DNA of 64,000 nt from Craspedostauros australis (GCA_030167865.1 JALAGF010003172.1:1-64000); one strand, 5' to 3'. Positions 49,122 through 61,499 are shown, counted from the first letter of the stretch. The notes: generated by a model not told the origin, from the letters alone. Numbers and translations are program-made.

Positions 49122-50434
49122 ATGAACGACACTGCAACCCCGATGATGACAAGCACCCCGGGTGACACGGCTGAGCAAGCGGGATCGCTGGCGGATGCGA
49201 TCGCCTCGGCTCTTGCGCGTCAAAGCGACAAACCAGATGGCGCCAAAACGGAGGGCGTTGAGACCAAACCTGAGGCTAAACCGGAGGCTAAACCTGAGAC
49301 GAAGGCTGAGGCCGACGTGAAGGAACCAAAGATAATCGTTTCCCCGAGAGGTGCGTTGATAATGTCGTCAGTGTGTAGCAGAATGGAAGTATGGTCTGCA
49401 CTGTGTCATGTTGAATGGAGCTTGGGTCACGACTGCGTGTTGCTGCGAATCTAGAAAAACAGCAACGACAATGGGAGTCACCTGTTTCAAAAATCTCATC
49501 CACCCCATTGGTGCTGGTCTCCTCATCGAATCCTTTCTGTTCCTGCCGTATCACATCCGTACCGCATCACACCGTGGGATGCCATTGTCGTCCTCTGGGT
49601 CTCGCAGTCTCTCGCAAGACGCCAGTGCGTCGACCAAAACGAAGAACCTCTAGATCTCCACAGGCGAGACAGCTGTTCGATCCAGCAGCGGAGCCCACCC
49701 CCAAGGCATCACCCAAGGCATCGTCCAAAGCTTCACCCAAAACTCGGCCCAAGGCTTCACGCAAGCCTTCACCAAAGGCGTCATCCAAAAAAACGTCTGA
49801 CGAGTCAAGTGAGCCAACCGCACGGCAACTGCGTCCTCGGTCCAAGTTGCCAGCACGCAAATCCATCACTCGAGTCAAACCTCCCCGCAAGGCAGTGCAG
49901 GCAACAGCATCGACAAAGCCGATGAAGACGAGAGCCCAGAAGAAGCCTCTGACGCCTACTTCCGCGGCAAAGGCATCAAAGCCAACGAAGAGACAAACCA
50001 GGTCTCCGGCAGCTGCAAAAGCACCGGCAAAGCCTGTCGTCACGAGACAAACTCGGAGGTCGCTGACGGCAACTCCTCCAAAACAAACCGCCGCGTCGGC
50101 ACGCACGACGAGGTCCAAGACATCACCCAAACCGAAACCAGTCAAGGCAAGAACCCCCCAGGCAAAAATGACGATCCTCGAACGCCGATTCCAGCCCAAC
50201 AGTCGAGAGGTTTACAGAGGACCGCCCTCGGATGCCTTGCTCGGAGGCTGGCCAAATGGTTGGATCAAGACCATAGAAGCACGCAAGACCCCCGGAAAGC
50301 ATGATCCGTACTGGTACACGCCCGTGAGACGCTACAAGCTGCGTAGCCTGGCCAACGTTCGAGCGTTCATCGGCAACCTCCAGGAGACGAACGGTGATGA
50401 GGCGAAGGCGTACAAAATGTTGCGAACGAAGTAG
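49122..50434 (+). CDS. Methyl-CpG-binding domain (MBD) protein with histone H1-like basic region, 2 exons: 49122-49350, 49608-50434 (~351 aa)
   Basis: Phase-1 intron GTGCGT(49351)..CAG(49607). K/R/P/A/S/T-rich 'TPKASPKASSKASPK'. C-terminal MBD 'WPNGWIKTIEARKTPGKHDPYWYTPVRRYKLRSLANVRAFI'. Confidence 0.78.
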
Positions 50435-50886
50435 AGAACAGTGAACTAGACGGACTGGAGTGGGGTGTCGTGTGGTATGGCAACATGCATCGCACACCCC
50501 TCCTCCAGTCTTGCTCGTTGCATCATGGGATGCCATGCGGCGACGTTCACAGCGGGAGAAATGCATTCGACAGCGCGGTCAGCCTCGTTTCGAAGGGTAT
50601 AGTATATGGTACATATGCACAAGTGTTCCATTCAGCTTTAGGATAAAACAGCAGTAATTTGTGGTTTGTGGGAAAGAGTTGCGTAACAGTAATCGTCCGT
50701 ACTCTTTGAGGGATAGCAACATCGTGTAAGATACTGGTAATGTGCACTGTTCTATGTCCACGTCCACCGCTATTGCACGTTTGCATCATTCTGCTATGAG
50801 TCCTGTATCGCTTGGGATTCATGTGGTGGGCATCATCGCTATCGCATCTGTCCATCCCTTCAGCCATTGATCCATCCATCCATTAA

Positions 50887-53253
50887 TCATTCATCATCGT
50901 CGTCCAAGTGGGAATCTTGATCATCCGATTCTGCACCACGCACGTCGTTCGCATCGCCCATTCGTTTGCTGTCATCATCCGCAGAAGCTTCCGCCTTTGC
51001 CGCTGCACCGTTACGTTTCGGCTGCGCCATGCTCTTGACCAGGATATCCGCCAGCACGTGCGATGGCAGATTGCCCAACGCCTCCGACACGTCGTCCGAC
51101 GATTTGTAACCCGATTGGAACTCATCCCAATTCTGCGTGATGCTGCGTATGCATCTGCGCTGCAGATTGCTGATGGACGTCGTCTCGTGCAATTTGGCAT
51201 CGGCCATGAGGAGCTCGTGGGCCACCGACGTATCGATGGCGGGCAAAGTCTGCTCGTCCGTGAGCTTGTCGAACAGGGACGCCTCCATGTCGTTGTGCAC
51301 GATGCAGATGGTGGCGGCCTTGGACCAGTTCTTGGATTGGATTGCCATCCATTCCTTCGAGAACGTGGAGGGATCCTTGCGGTGCAAATCCTGCATGTGC
51401 TGTTGCGAGGTTTCGAGGATGCTGGCCAGGAAATGCGGTGGCACGAGTCCTGCCAATTGTGGCTTCTCCGTGAGAAGGGAGCCGATCTTGGCCTTGCTGA
51501 CCGTGAGCAGCTGCTTGGCGTTGTACTGCGATGCGTAGGCCAAGAATTCGCCCATGTTGGTGAGGGACAGATTCTTGCGGTAGAATTCTATGATGGCCTT
51601 TTGCAGCGGGATGATCTGCAAGAAGTCGGCCACGGTGAAGACAGCGCAGGCGCGTTCGGCGCTCAGCGTCTGCTTGGCCTCCTTTGTGTAGTACAGAAAG
51701 TCCAGGACCATGGGAAAGACGTCGGCCTTGGCGGGGATGAATCGCAAGGTCGTGACGCCGTTGTTGGTGTTGCGCTGTTGGAACTGCTGGCAGAAATACT
51801 TGCTTTTGCGCACACCGAAGCCCAGGACATTGCGGTGCAGATGGTAGACATCTTCCGGCAACGCCGATGCCGTATCCGTGGTGCTTTCGCTGGCCATGCT
51901 GGCGGTGCTCATCTCCTCGCGGATCACAATGACGGTCCAATCGCTGAAACTGGCGGAGGGATCCGATTTCCAGCTGAGTCTGGCTCCGCGTCCCGGGCCG
52001 CTGGCCGAGGTGCCGACCGACGAAGCGGAGGCACTGGATCGGACACGCCGTTTCGTTTTGGAGGGATGGAGCATGGAGTTGCCGTTGGTGTTGCCGTGCG
52101 CGCTGCCTGTACTGCCGATCCCGTCCGTATCGTTCGTGCTGCTGCTACTTCCGCTGTTGGTGGACGTCGTGGTTGTGGAAGTTCCGACGCGACTCCGTGA
52201 ATTGGAAGACGAGGATTGAGCAGCGGGAGACGATGTCGTAGAGCTGCCATTGCGTGACGATCGCCTACGGCGCGATTTGGAGTGCTTGCTGGGCGATTGT
52301 CGTTCATCGGTACGAAATTCGCGCGATTTGTGCTGAGGCTGGGGACTGGAGTCGTGCGTGGAATCGAGGTTGATGCTGAGCGCCTGCGTTGCCGTCGCGA
52401 TGTCTTCCATGGTGAGATTAGAGGATTCCACGTCGCCGGTGGGTATGACGGTCGCGGACATGACGATCTTGGAGGCATCGAGCTTTCTGCTCTTGCCATC
52501 CGGTTTGGCTGCTGGTGAGTACATTGGCGAGTATCCGCCACCGGTGGGCGGGTCGTGCATGGAGCGGTTGAGGGTGTACTCGCGCTGCATCTCCTCGGCC
52601 CGCGGTGGCGCGAGCGGGAGGTTGGATCGCTGACGTCCGGCGCTGTGGTTGGACGATGACGCGGACAATGGGGGTTTATCGGAATCGTTCTTCGGACTGT
52701 GCCTGCCATTCCTGCCATGATTATTGCGACTGCGGCTGCTGCCGTCGCTGCGCGAATCATCCTCGACGGAAGCCATCGCTCGATCTGTCTGATGATACTT
52801 GTACAGGTCTCCGTCTGTGTTTGTATCTGCGTTTGTAACTGTACTTGTAACTGCACTTGTATTTGGAGCTGAGAGTCCCAGTATGCCACGACCCGTGCTG
52901 TTCAAGGTCTCGCCGTTGGGTCTGCCGCCGTTGCTATCGGTCTCGTGTTGCTTGCCCCACGTGTAATCAGCGTCGCCTTCTTCGTCGGGGAACTCGTCGT
53001 CACCTAACCCCTCGAACTGCAGATGGCCGTCGTCCGGGATATCCGGGATATGAATTTCCGTGATTCGGAAGGAACCCGCGGTCGTCTTCTTGAGGCAGCT
53101 CTTGAGAGGCTTGGCTTGCTGTTGCGCTTGCTGTTGTTGTACGTCGGTTGCTCGTTGCGATCGTTGCTTCGTTCGCTCTACCTTGCGGTGCTCGTCACAG
53201 ATGAATTGGCAGGAGAATAGAAACAATCTGCAACCCAAAGTGCAGCATGGCAT
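50887..53253 (-). CDS. BTB/POZ-domain protein with long disordered N-terminus (~788 aa; ORF open to 53394)
   Basis: 'SFSDWTVIV', 'YHLHRNVLGFGVRKSKYF', 'VFPMVLDFLY', 'VADFLQIIPL' match the BTB pattern seen in diatom proteins. Confidence 0.82.
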   Translation of the reverse strand: MPCCTLGCRLFLFSCQFICDEHRKVERTKQRSQRATDVQQQQAQQQAKPLKSCLKKTTAGSFRITEIHIPDIPDDGHLQFEGLGDDEFPDEEGDADYTWGKQHETDSNGGRPNGETLNSTGRGILGLSAPNTSAVTSTVTNADTNTDGDLYKYHQTDRAMASVEDDSRSDGSSRSRNNHGRNGRHSPKNDSDKPPLSASSSNHSAGRQRSNLPLAPPRAEEMQREYTLNRSMHDPPTGGGYSPMYSPAAKPDGKSRKLDASKIVMSATVIPTGDVESSNLTMEDIATATQALSINLDSTHDSSPQPQHKSREFRTDERQSPSKHSKSRRRRSSRNGSSTTSSPAAQSSSSNSRSRVGTSTTTTSTNSGSSSSTNDTDGIGSTGSAHGNTNGNSMLHPSKTKRRVRSSASASSVGTSASGPGRGARLSWKSDPSASFSDWTVIVIREEMSTASMASESTTDTASALPEDVYHLHRNVLGFGVRKSKYFCQQFQQRNTNNGVTTLRFIPAKADVFPMVLDFLYYTKEAKQTLSAERACAVFTVADFLQIIPLQKAIIEFYRKNLSLTNMGEFLAYASQYNAKQLLTVSKAKIGSLLTEKPQLAGLVPPHFLASILETSQQHMQDLHRKDPSTFSKEWMAIQSKNWSKAATICIVHNDMEASLFDKLTDEQTLPAIDTSVAHELLMADAKLHETTSISNLQRRCIRSITQNWDEFQSGYKSSDDVSEALGNLPSHVLADILVKSMAQPKRNGAAAKAEASADDDSKRMGDANDVRGAESDDQDSHLDDDDE

Positions 53254-54597
53254 CACCGACGAAAGACTTGGGCTTGCGGCCACGATGAACGCTGCTGCGG
53301 TCTCCGCAGTGTGCGTCCGTGGTGGCAGTCGGAGAGGGAAATCGAGATGGAGGTGCGGAGAGCAAGGCGGATGGCTCTCTCGGCTTGGCTTCAATCCGCT
53401 GGAATCAACCGGAATTGGATTGGATCAAGTTGGATAGACTCGGATTAAGTTGGTTGAGCCGTCCTGAGTTGTCCTGAGTTGTGTGGTTGATGGCTCTGGT
53501 TGCATCAACTGCCTTTGACTTGGTCTGTGGTGCTATATGAAGGGATCGTCGAGTAGTGACGGAATATTGTGGTCTACTCTGCTATGGTATGCAACAGTCG
53601 AACAGAGTGGAGCACAGATGCTGCAGCCCTGTATTGGCGTATTAGTATAGCTGAATGCGGATTGATGAATCGATAGGTGGGTGTGCCTTCTTGCCTCAAT
53701 GCTTCGCCGTCGACGTAGGGTAGATGTCCTCAGAGTGTTGGTATTATAATAGTATTATAATATCATGTGTGCGAGCGCTTGTACTGCCTGCTGCCTGGAT
53801 GGAAGGAATGTAATGTATGATTGGCAACAACAAGCCGTGGCAGTTGCTGTCGTCGTGGCACTCTTGGGTATGGAGGCTCGTCGCTGCACAAGAAGCCGCG
53901 CCTTCGCCCTTTTGCTTCCATTTTTGCTTCTATTTCTGGTCCTGTTTCTGATTGTGCTTCTCGTTGTGATCGATCTCGCGTTGCGTCTGTGTCTGAAGAA
54001 CACAAATTTGGCGCTTCTTGGATACAAAAGACACAAAATTGGTTGCCATTTTTGTTCTCCATTTCTTCGTTTCAGCAAGAGGCACTCGGTACAGAGATTG
54101 CGTCGAGAGGTCAGTCTCCTTTGTTGCTCCACGAAGAGAGAGAGAGAGAGAGACCAACGACAGCCTCATAATTCTATTATGGATCACACGCGACAGATGC
54201 TATTGCGTTGATGATAATGGTACGGCAGTCTCCTCTATTGCAACAGCAGCGGCTCATTTGTGTTGGATGAAACGAGATGGCACAGCGGAGGCAATTGAAT
54301 TGGCTTCGCATTCGCACTGCTCGCATCCTTCCATTTCGCACCCTCTCTTCTGGTGTTCGCTCTCTTCGATCTCCATCGCTTGCTCTCCGCTGCACTTGGT
54401 ACGCTGAGACTTTGCGTTGCATTGCTGTATAATACTCCGCAAAAGCGCAATTCCAAAATTGGATCCGATCCACTCATGTCGCGATTCATGCAACTCCATG
54501 ACATCCCATCACGGCGCGCCATGCTATCTGCGTTCCCATGATGCTGCATGCTTCGTATCTCGCCCGCTATCTACGTCACTCCACTCCGTTCCACGTT

Positions 54598-55151
54598 CTA
54601 TTTGGAGCCATCCTTGGAATCCTCGTTTTCCGACCAATTCTTCTTCCATGGTCGCAGGAACCACCACGTGTTCAGTCTGCGATCAATGTGCTTGCCTGCC
54701 ACGAATCCTGCCTTCTCCTTGGCCTTGTCGTACTCCTTGGCGCCATGCACCTTCTTGTCGTCCGCGTATCCGAGCTGTTCCAGTTGAATGCAATGCAATG
54801 CAATACAACGTGAAGATGAATTGATGCAATACAATGCAAAGCAAGGAGAAGTGAGTACAGATGAACACCATCATGGATACTTCGTGAAGCAACAGAAACC
54901 TTGCGTCCCATTCCAATCTCCACACTCACATGATCCAAATTCTCACTCGACATGAGCTTATGATCCATCCGACATTGCAGGTACTCCCTCGACAAGTCGC
55001 GGCATTTGTGATGCGTGTCCTTGGATGCTTGCATGCATTCCAGATAATTCGTCATGACCGCCTTGCATTCCGCATCGTGATCCAAAGGGAAGATGCCTCG
55101 TTGCGGCGGGCGCACGAATTGTTTCGAGGTGCTGAAGTTCATGGAAGACAT
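54598..55151 (-). CDS. COX19: Cytochrome c oxidase assembly protein COX19, 2 exons: 55151-54930, 54774-54598 (~132 aa)
   Basis: 'RPPQRGIFPLDHDAECKAVMTNYLECM..CRDLSREYLQCRMDHKLM' (twin CX9C). Phase-0 intron GTGAGT..CAG restores the conserved 'LDH|LGY'. Confidence 0.93.
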
Positions 55152-55246
55152 GGTGTCGGCAGTGTTGCTGTTGCTGTTGATTGGTGGTCGTCGAGCCGGA
55201 CTTCGTGGGGTGTTGCTGTTCTGATTGCTCAAGGTTGATTCCCTTC

Positions 55247-55309
55247 TCGCTTGCGTGTCGTTGCTTGCGTATCGTTGCTTGCGTATCGTTGCTTGCGTAT
55301 CGTTGCTTG
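55247..55309. repeat. Minisatellite, 14-bp unit TTGCTTGCGTATCG x ~4.5, upstream of COX19
   Basis: Three perfect copies, one variant copy and one partial copy. Confidence 0.93.
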
Positions 55310-56434
55310 ATCAATGAAGAGGTTCACCCAACTGATTTGAAGATGTTGCGATGTGTTGTGTGGAACTGCAGATGCCCACCCACGCAGATGAGACCAACAC
55401 AACGATTGCATCACAAGAGAAGCCTTGTTCGTTCCGTTCGCGTCGTTGTCGTGGTCAATTCGCGTTTCTGGTTCGAGTTGTTGTGATGTGTTCCGGTGAG
55501 TCGTATACGTAGACTGTTCAATCAGGATCTTCTCCTAGTGATGTGATCGAACAAGTCGTAGAACGCACTGGGAGAAGACCACGAAACCATCTTGCTCCGC
55601 TTGTTCGTTCCACTCATACGACCCCAGGTCAGTGAGTCGACCAACCTTTGGTAAAGTAGAGTGGCAAACGAAGAACTTTGCGTTGTTATTTGGTTTGCGA
55701 GTGTAGTTGGTGGTGGCGGCAGTGAAGAGCTGCATGTGTCCAACACGTTCAAGAGTCCCTCGCAATCTGTCGAGATCAGTCTTGTCCTTGTGGAGTTGGA
55801 GTACATGTCGGCGAAGTATTGGCACGGGAAGAGAAACTGATTTGTCCACGCTGCTATCCGGGAGAGTATGTGTCTCTATAGAGGGAGGTTATCACACAAT
55901 ACCAATACGCTCCAGGAACTCGAATACAGACAACGACTTCCTTTCGCTTCTCTGCGTCTGTTATCTGCAGATTCTACACTCCTCCCTTCTCCCGCACGAG
56001 TTGGTGGTTTGTGGCCTTGACGAGGTAGTCGAGACGAGATCGATGTCCAGACGCAGTGAAACCAGGGAGAGCGTGACCAAATGAAATCGAGTCGGGCCGA
56101 GTGTGGAAAAAGGCTCCGTGGTTGGACAAGGAAGAGGCAGAACCAGCAGCAAGGATGACGCAAAAACACGAAGGACAACACACAGAGCACATGATCGCAG
56201 CGCGGAAGAACGAAGGATCAAAGGCGAAGAAGGGGAACAACGAGACGAACAAAAGGAGCGACAAATTCCACCCAACCAGCACCCTTCCACCATTTGGGCA
56301 CAATTCCCAACGACACCCAGCAAAGCCAACAACGCCCGACAAGGCCCAACCACGCAGAGCCCAACTTTGCTTCGCTGTCTGTTGGGAGGAGTTCTGTGCA
56401 CCCGCGAGTAGGATCCACCACACCGCGATACCAC

Positions 56435-56481
56435 ATACTCATACAGATACTCATACAGATACTCATACAGATACTCATACA
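56435..56481. repeat. Minisatellite, 12-bp unit ATACTCATACAG x ~4
   Basis: Read directly. Confidence 0.93.
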
Positions 56482-56688
56482 CATCCTCCACTCGTATTCG
56501 TCCCACGACCATAGCAATTAGCAATAGCAGGTGGTGGAACGTGTAATAGTATAATAGTATCGATAACAGGCATACGACGAGCAAACGCGGGCACATTACC
56601 GCATACCGCATTCTTCCATTCCCTTCCCTCTCTTCCCCTCCTCTTCCATCGTCATCACAACTCGTATTACGCTATTATAGCACGATTA

Positions 56689-56694
<6 letters not shown>

Positions 56695-56722
<28 letters not shown>
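56695..56722. repeat. (AG)n microsatellite
   Basis: Read directly. Confidence 0.9.
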
Positions 56723-56956
56723 CAGAGCTTCGTCGCGATCGTACGTTGATCCTTTCAATCGACGACCAAGGATACAGATACAGCCGCAATTACAATTGCA
56801 GCTATTATAATTGCAGCTACAAATAGAGGCCAACACGACCAGACCGCAGCAGACCACACAAGAGGCGATCCCCGTTCTGCATCTTCCATCCATCTCTCTG
56901 GTGTTGGCACTCGACTTGAGGCTGTGCCATACATACTATTATACTGTTTTCGACAG

Positions 56957-56994
56957 TTGATCCATTGACCCATTGATCCATTGACCCATTGATC
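56957..56994. repeat. 8-bp unit TTGAYCCA x ~4.7 with alternating T/C (16-bp higher-order unit)
   Basis: ttgatcca ttgaccca ttgatcca ttgaccca ttgatc. Confidence 0.9.
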
Positions 56995-57156
56995 GGTTAC
57001 GATTGTGACAGGAGGTTTGGAACGCAGACATTCAGGCGAAACCAAGCAGCAAGGCAAGGCCTGACGGCACGGTACCAACTCAATCCTTCGTCCATTGCCC
57101 ACAACAATAGCAAAAGCAACAACAATAGCAATAGCAGCAACAGCGACGACAATAGC

Positions 57157-58347
57157 ATGAACCACATTCAACCGCCGGTGCTGCCGCCATTCGACGACGT
57201 CGCGCTGGAGGCGGAAATACAGAGCACGCCACCGTGCGCCAGCAACGTCCACAGATGGGTCATCCCCGCAGAGGGCGGTCTGCCAGTGTACATGCCCGTC
57301 GACGTCGTGCGCTGCGATGGACTTGCCGAACGCACTTACGAGGTCATACCCAGCATGCCGCGCAAGGAGCTGTCGCACGAGGGGGTGTGGGGGGAGCTCT
57401 ACTTCGCCGTCGTCTACCCGAGGATGCCACCGCAGCAGGCGGCCGCCATAATACCCGCCGGCCATCAATCGCTGCTCGTCAACGCGACGGAGGGCATCTA
57501 CCAGCAACCCAACGACGACGCCTCCTGCCAGAGGGTGGCCATCAAGCGGTTACAGATCCAGCTGGTGGCCAAGGCGCTGGAGCAGAACAACAACGAGAAT
57601 CCCTTCCGAGAAATATACCGCATGCGGACGCTGGGAGACAACGTGCACATGCTCAGATACGTCGAATGCCTCAGAAATGACCAGTACCTTTACATCATCA
57701 TGCCCATGTGCGAATCGCTGCTGGATGGACCGCTCACGGAGGACCAGGGCAAGGTCCTCTTCCGGCATATGCTCGAGAACCTCGTCTACCTCAAGAATCT
57801 CAGGATTTGTCACAGGGATATATCGCCCGACAACTGCATGATCTTCAACGGACGGATGCTCTTCATCGATCCCGCCATGGCGACCGAAATGGGGCCGGAC
57901 GGGACCATCATCAACGACGGCCGCCAGCTCTGCGGAAAGCTGCCCTACTGGAGTCCCGAGGTTGTCGCCCTGTCTCGATACGGCAGCCAGACCTACAACG
58001 GCATCCAGCGGGATTACTGGGCCGCGGCGTTATCTCTCTACTCCTTCCTCACTTTCAATGTACTGTACAATACGCCCATCCACGAGGACGTGCAATTCCG
58101 AATATTCATCATGGCCGAAGGTCTGTCTCGCAACGGCACCGAAAACGAGAACGTCCTGGCGGAACTCGACGAGCTCGAGGGCGACGAGGCATCGCAGGAA
58201 ATGTACCGCAGAGTTGTGCGGCAGCTGCATCAGATAGACCAGATGACGCCGACCTTGTTGCATCTATTTGAAAACACCTTGACTTGGGCATCGGAAAAAC
58301 GGTGGACGTTGGAAGGGACCTTGTCATGTCCATGGTTGACTCGATGA
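57157..58347 (+). CDS. Ser/Thr protein kinase (CAMK-like, stramenopile type) with atypical DPA for DFG (~396 aa)
   Basis: 'VAIKRL', 'ENPFREI', 'HRDISPDN', 'IDPAMA', 'GKLPYWSPE', 'RDYWAAA', 'LSCPWL'. Confidence 0.87.
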   Translation: MNHIQPPVLPPFDDVALEAEIQSTPPCASNVHRWVIPAEGGLPVYMPVDVVRCDGLAERTYEVIPSMPRKELSHEGVWGELYFAVVYPRMPPQQAAAIIPAGHQSLLVNATEGIYQQPNDDASCQRVAIKRLQIQLVAKALEQNNNENPFREIYRMRTLGDNVHMLRYVECLRNDQYLYIIMPMCESLLDGPLTEDQGKVLFRHMLENLVYLKNLRICHRDISPDNCMIFNGRMLFIDPAMATEMGPDGTIINDGRQLCGKLPYWSPEVVALSRYGSQTYNGIQRDYWAAALSLYSFLTFNVLYNTPIHEDVQFRIFIMAEGLSRNGTENENVLAELDELEGDEASQEMYRRVVRQLHQIDQMTPTLLHLFENTLTWASEKRWTLEGTLSCPWLTR

Positions 58348-59154
58348 TGAGATGACAACGAGTACAATATGGTATGATAGCGTTATGATGAATGGAAGCG
58401 ATGGATTTGACAGCAGCGGCGAAGGTGATGGTGGTCATGAGCATGCACATGCACACAAGTACGACCACAATGACGACGATTATTGTCGTGATGACGGGAG
58501 CCAAACAACCGATCGACCAACGCATCAAGGCGCCAACTTTCACACCTCCGTATCATAGATACACTGGAGAGTAGATCCATGGGCGTGCCTGGGTGCTAGC
58601 GGGTTGCTGCAGGAGCTCGAACAGGGAGACTCTTTTCGGATGCAGCACGCGGAGACGACGACACTGAGGCTGAAAAGTATCGAGTGAGATATCTCTTGGT
58701 TGGATCCGTGCCCGCGTTATGCATGGCGCTCCGTCAGCATCAGCGACCGCAGCCGTGGTCAACGCATTGAAAGCGTGGTTGCCGGGATGGATGGATGGAT
58801 GGATGGAAGGATGGATGGAAACGGATTCATCTTCCCAAATGGTGAATTACGAGCCCTCTGCTCCTATTACGAATATTCGTTCCGAACGATGTGCCTGCGG
58901 CATTGGTGGGTATCTGCGCCAACGACAATCCGGCGGTTATAACGTATCTGTAGCGACCGCCGACCACCATGACCACTGTCAAAACGAAAACAGCAACCAA
59001 GACGACGACAGTATGCCCACTGCTTTGCTCCGCTTCGCTTCAACATCTTGCTTCCCTCCATTCAGTTCATCCAACAGCAAAATACAGTAGACCATAGTAA
59101 TTGTAGATTCAGCCAGCGTCCAAGATTCGTGCTAAGTGTCTCACCGGCATTGGA

Positions 59155-61499
59155 TTATTGATGAGTTTTCGGCTGTCGCTGTTGATCTTTCTTCTTCTTC
59201 TCCTTCTTCTGCTGCTGCTGTTGCTTTTGCTGCTGTTTGTTCAGGGCATTGCGATGCAAGGTGGTGTTGCGGAAGGTATGGCTCACCTTCTCGCGTGCGC
59301 GCTCGTTGTCGACCATCTCCCATACGCCTCGCAGACCGTGCTCGTCCACTGCGCCTTCATCTGCACGGCGCTTCAGCACCCGCACACCTCGCTTCCGCAG
59401 CAACTTCACGAGCTTCATGGAGAGCTGCGTCTTTTCCGACTTCTTATTGAGCTGGTACTGATCGTAGTACGAATCCACAAACACGCCCAGCGAGATGTTT
59501 CCGGGAAAATCCTGGAAGGGTCGTCCGCGCCCGCACAAGATGTCGTCGCGTTCGGGGAAGGCGATACGATTGTGAATAGCCTCAAGCTTGCGTTGCTGTT
59601 GCAGTTGCTGACGTTCCTTCTCAGCGATGCCATCGAGCCACGCGTGGAACTGCTGAGTAGATACCTTGCCATCCGGTTGGATCGGCAATTTCTGAGTGGG
59701 GATGCCGAACGTCATGAGCTTGTATAAGTTTTCCAGGTGCGATCCTGATACGGCCGAGGAGAGGGGAGGAGTGGAGAGCGCGGCGGAGTGAAGTGAAGTG
59801 GAGTTCATGAATTTGGCACCGGCCATGATCGTGGGTGGCGAGCGAGAGATTGAATGAGTGAGGGGATGACAAGTCGATCACCGCGCCACCTTCATGGCAG
59901 ACAGCGTGCAGAACACCTACACATCACAGAGTGGTTCAGAAATGGCGCAATCAAATGCACCCTGTTGAAGGCCGCAACACCACATCCGAGGACAGAACCC
60001 GCCACAAGATATGATAGACACTTACCAAAATGAGCACGAAATCGCACTCGTCCTTGGTGTCCGATCATCAATTGCAGCGCATGCATGGGCACAGCGAGCT
60101 GCGGGTTGTCGTAGCAAAAATGCACGGCCGACAGCTTGGCGGGCACGGCATTCAGCAGCTTGTTCGAGCCTTGCAGATAGGATGCGTCGCGGAACCGCCG
60201 ATCTTGGCACAGCTCGTTGGCGCAGACGCCTTGGATCATGCTGGAGTCGTACACAAGCAGTATCACCCCCTTCTGGGACGACTCCGAGAATTCTCGCAAC
60301 GCGAGGGCGCTCAAATAGAGCAACGAGCGTGACATGGAGATCCATTCGGTGCGGCTGCGACGTTGCTTAGGGACTGCCAGTATGACCGGACGCCCCACCT
60401 GATCCGCCCCAATGATCTGCGTGCTCCCAGATCGCAAATACGCATGATCTTCAGGCTGCAGATCGTCGTAGGTGACCGGACGTGCCAGACACTCCACGCC
60501 GAACAATTCCAGGCGCAACTCGAAGTAATTGACCAGCCGCTTGGCCGCTTTGTTGATTTCAAAGTTCTCGGCCCGCAGAAAGTCCAGGCGGAATTTGGCG
60601 TCCATGACCTGGGCCGGCGACAGGAAGAAGGCGCGATCGTAGCTGGAACGATGCTTGATGCGCTTGATACGTTGATCGAGTTTCTCCAACGCGTTCGCGA
60701 TCATGTCCGGCGATTCCTCGATGGGCACCGCAACGCCATGAATGTCTTCGTAAACCTGCTGACGCTCATGTATGGACAACGCGTTGAGCTCCTTCACCAG
60801 AAGTGATTCGCTTTGCGACGACATAGCTTCGCCTTGCGCTGATGTGAAGGGCGTGTCACCCGCCGCGTTGGCGTTGCGGTGCTGTCGGTTAGGCTGCCGG
60901 CTCAGTTTGCTGCTTTCGGTGATGGGGTCGTTAGATCGGGTGTCACCTGTGCAAAACCAGGACCCAAAGCATGGCTTTGTCTCTGTGCTCGTAGGAGCAG
61001 ATGTTGGAGACGTTGGAGGAAATGGAATAGGTGGTGATGATGATGAAAGTGGAAGCTGTGGTACAGATGCACTAGGCGTGCTCGATGATGGTGCCGTCGG
61101 ATGAATATCGTCCTGCTGCTGCATGGATTGTGGAGGAGATGAGAGAGACCCCGTTAGTGATGGTGCGACTGCGCTGACCGACAACACCGGATCCGCTTGC
61201 ACCTGGTGATCGCTCCCGAACGGCGATGCGCGATGTCGATCATGGTGACATTCATCCGAGTTGTTCATCATCCTCGCCATAGCCACCATGCCCATCCCGT
61301 CGGCGGTTGCACCATCACCTTCCATCTCCACACCGGAGATTTGCTCGGCCATTCCCATGAGCTCATCGTCTCCATGCTCGTTGTGCTGTTGACTGGAGGC
61401 GTGGCTCAGAAGCGTTGCGCTGCCTGTCGTGTTGCAACCTGAGCTGTCAGTGCTGAACACGCTGCGTTGGTCCGCGTCTCTGTCCTTGCGTTTGCCCAT
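59155..61499 (-). CDS. CRAL-TRIO-like + DUF6824 protein, 2 exons: 61499-60026, 59744-59155 (~687 aa)
   Basis: 'ELNALSIHERQQVYEDIHGV', 'FRLDFLRAENF..AAKRLVNYFELRLELFG', 'RFRAHFG|SHLENLYKLMTFGIP', DUF6824 'PERDDILCGRGRPFQDFPGN..AREKVSHTFRN'. Phase-1 GTAAG..CAG intron. Confidence 0.85.
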
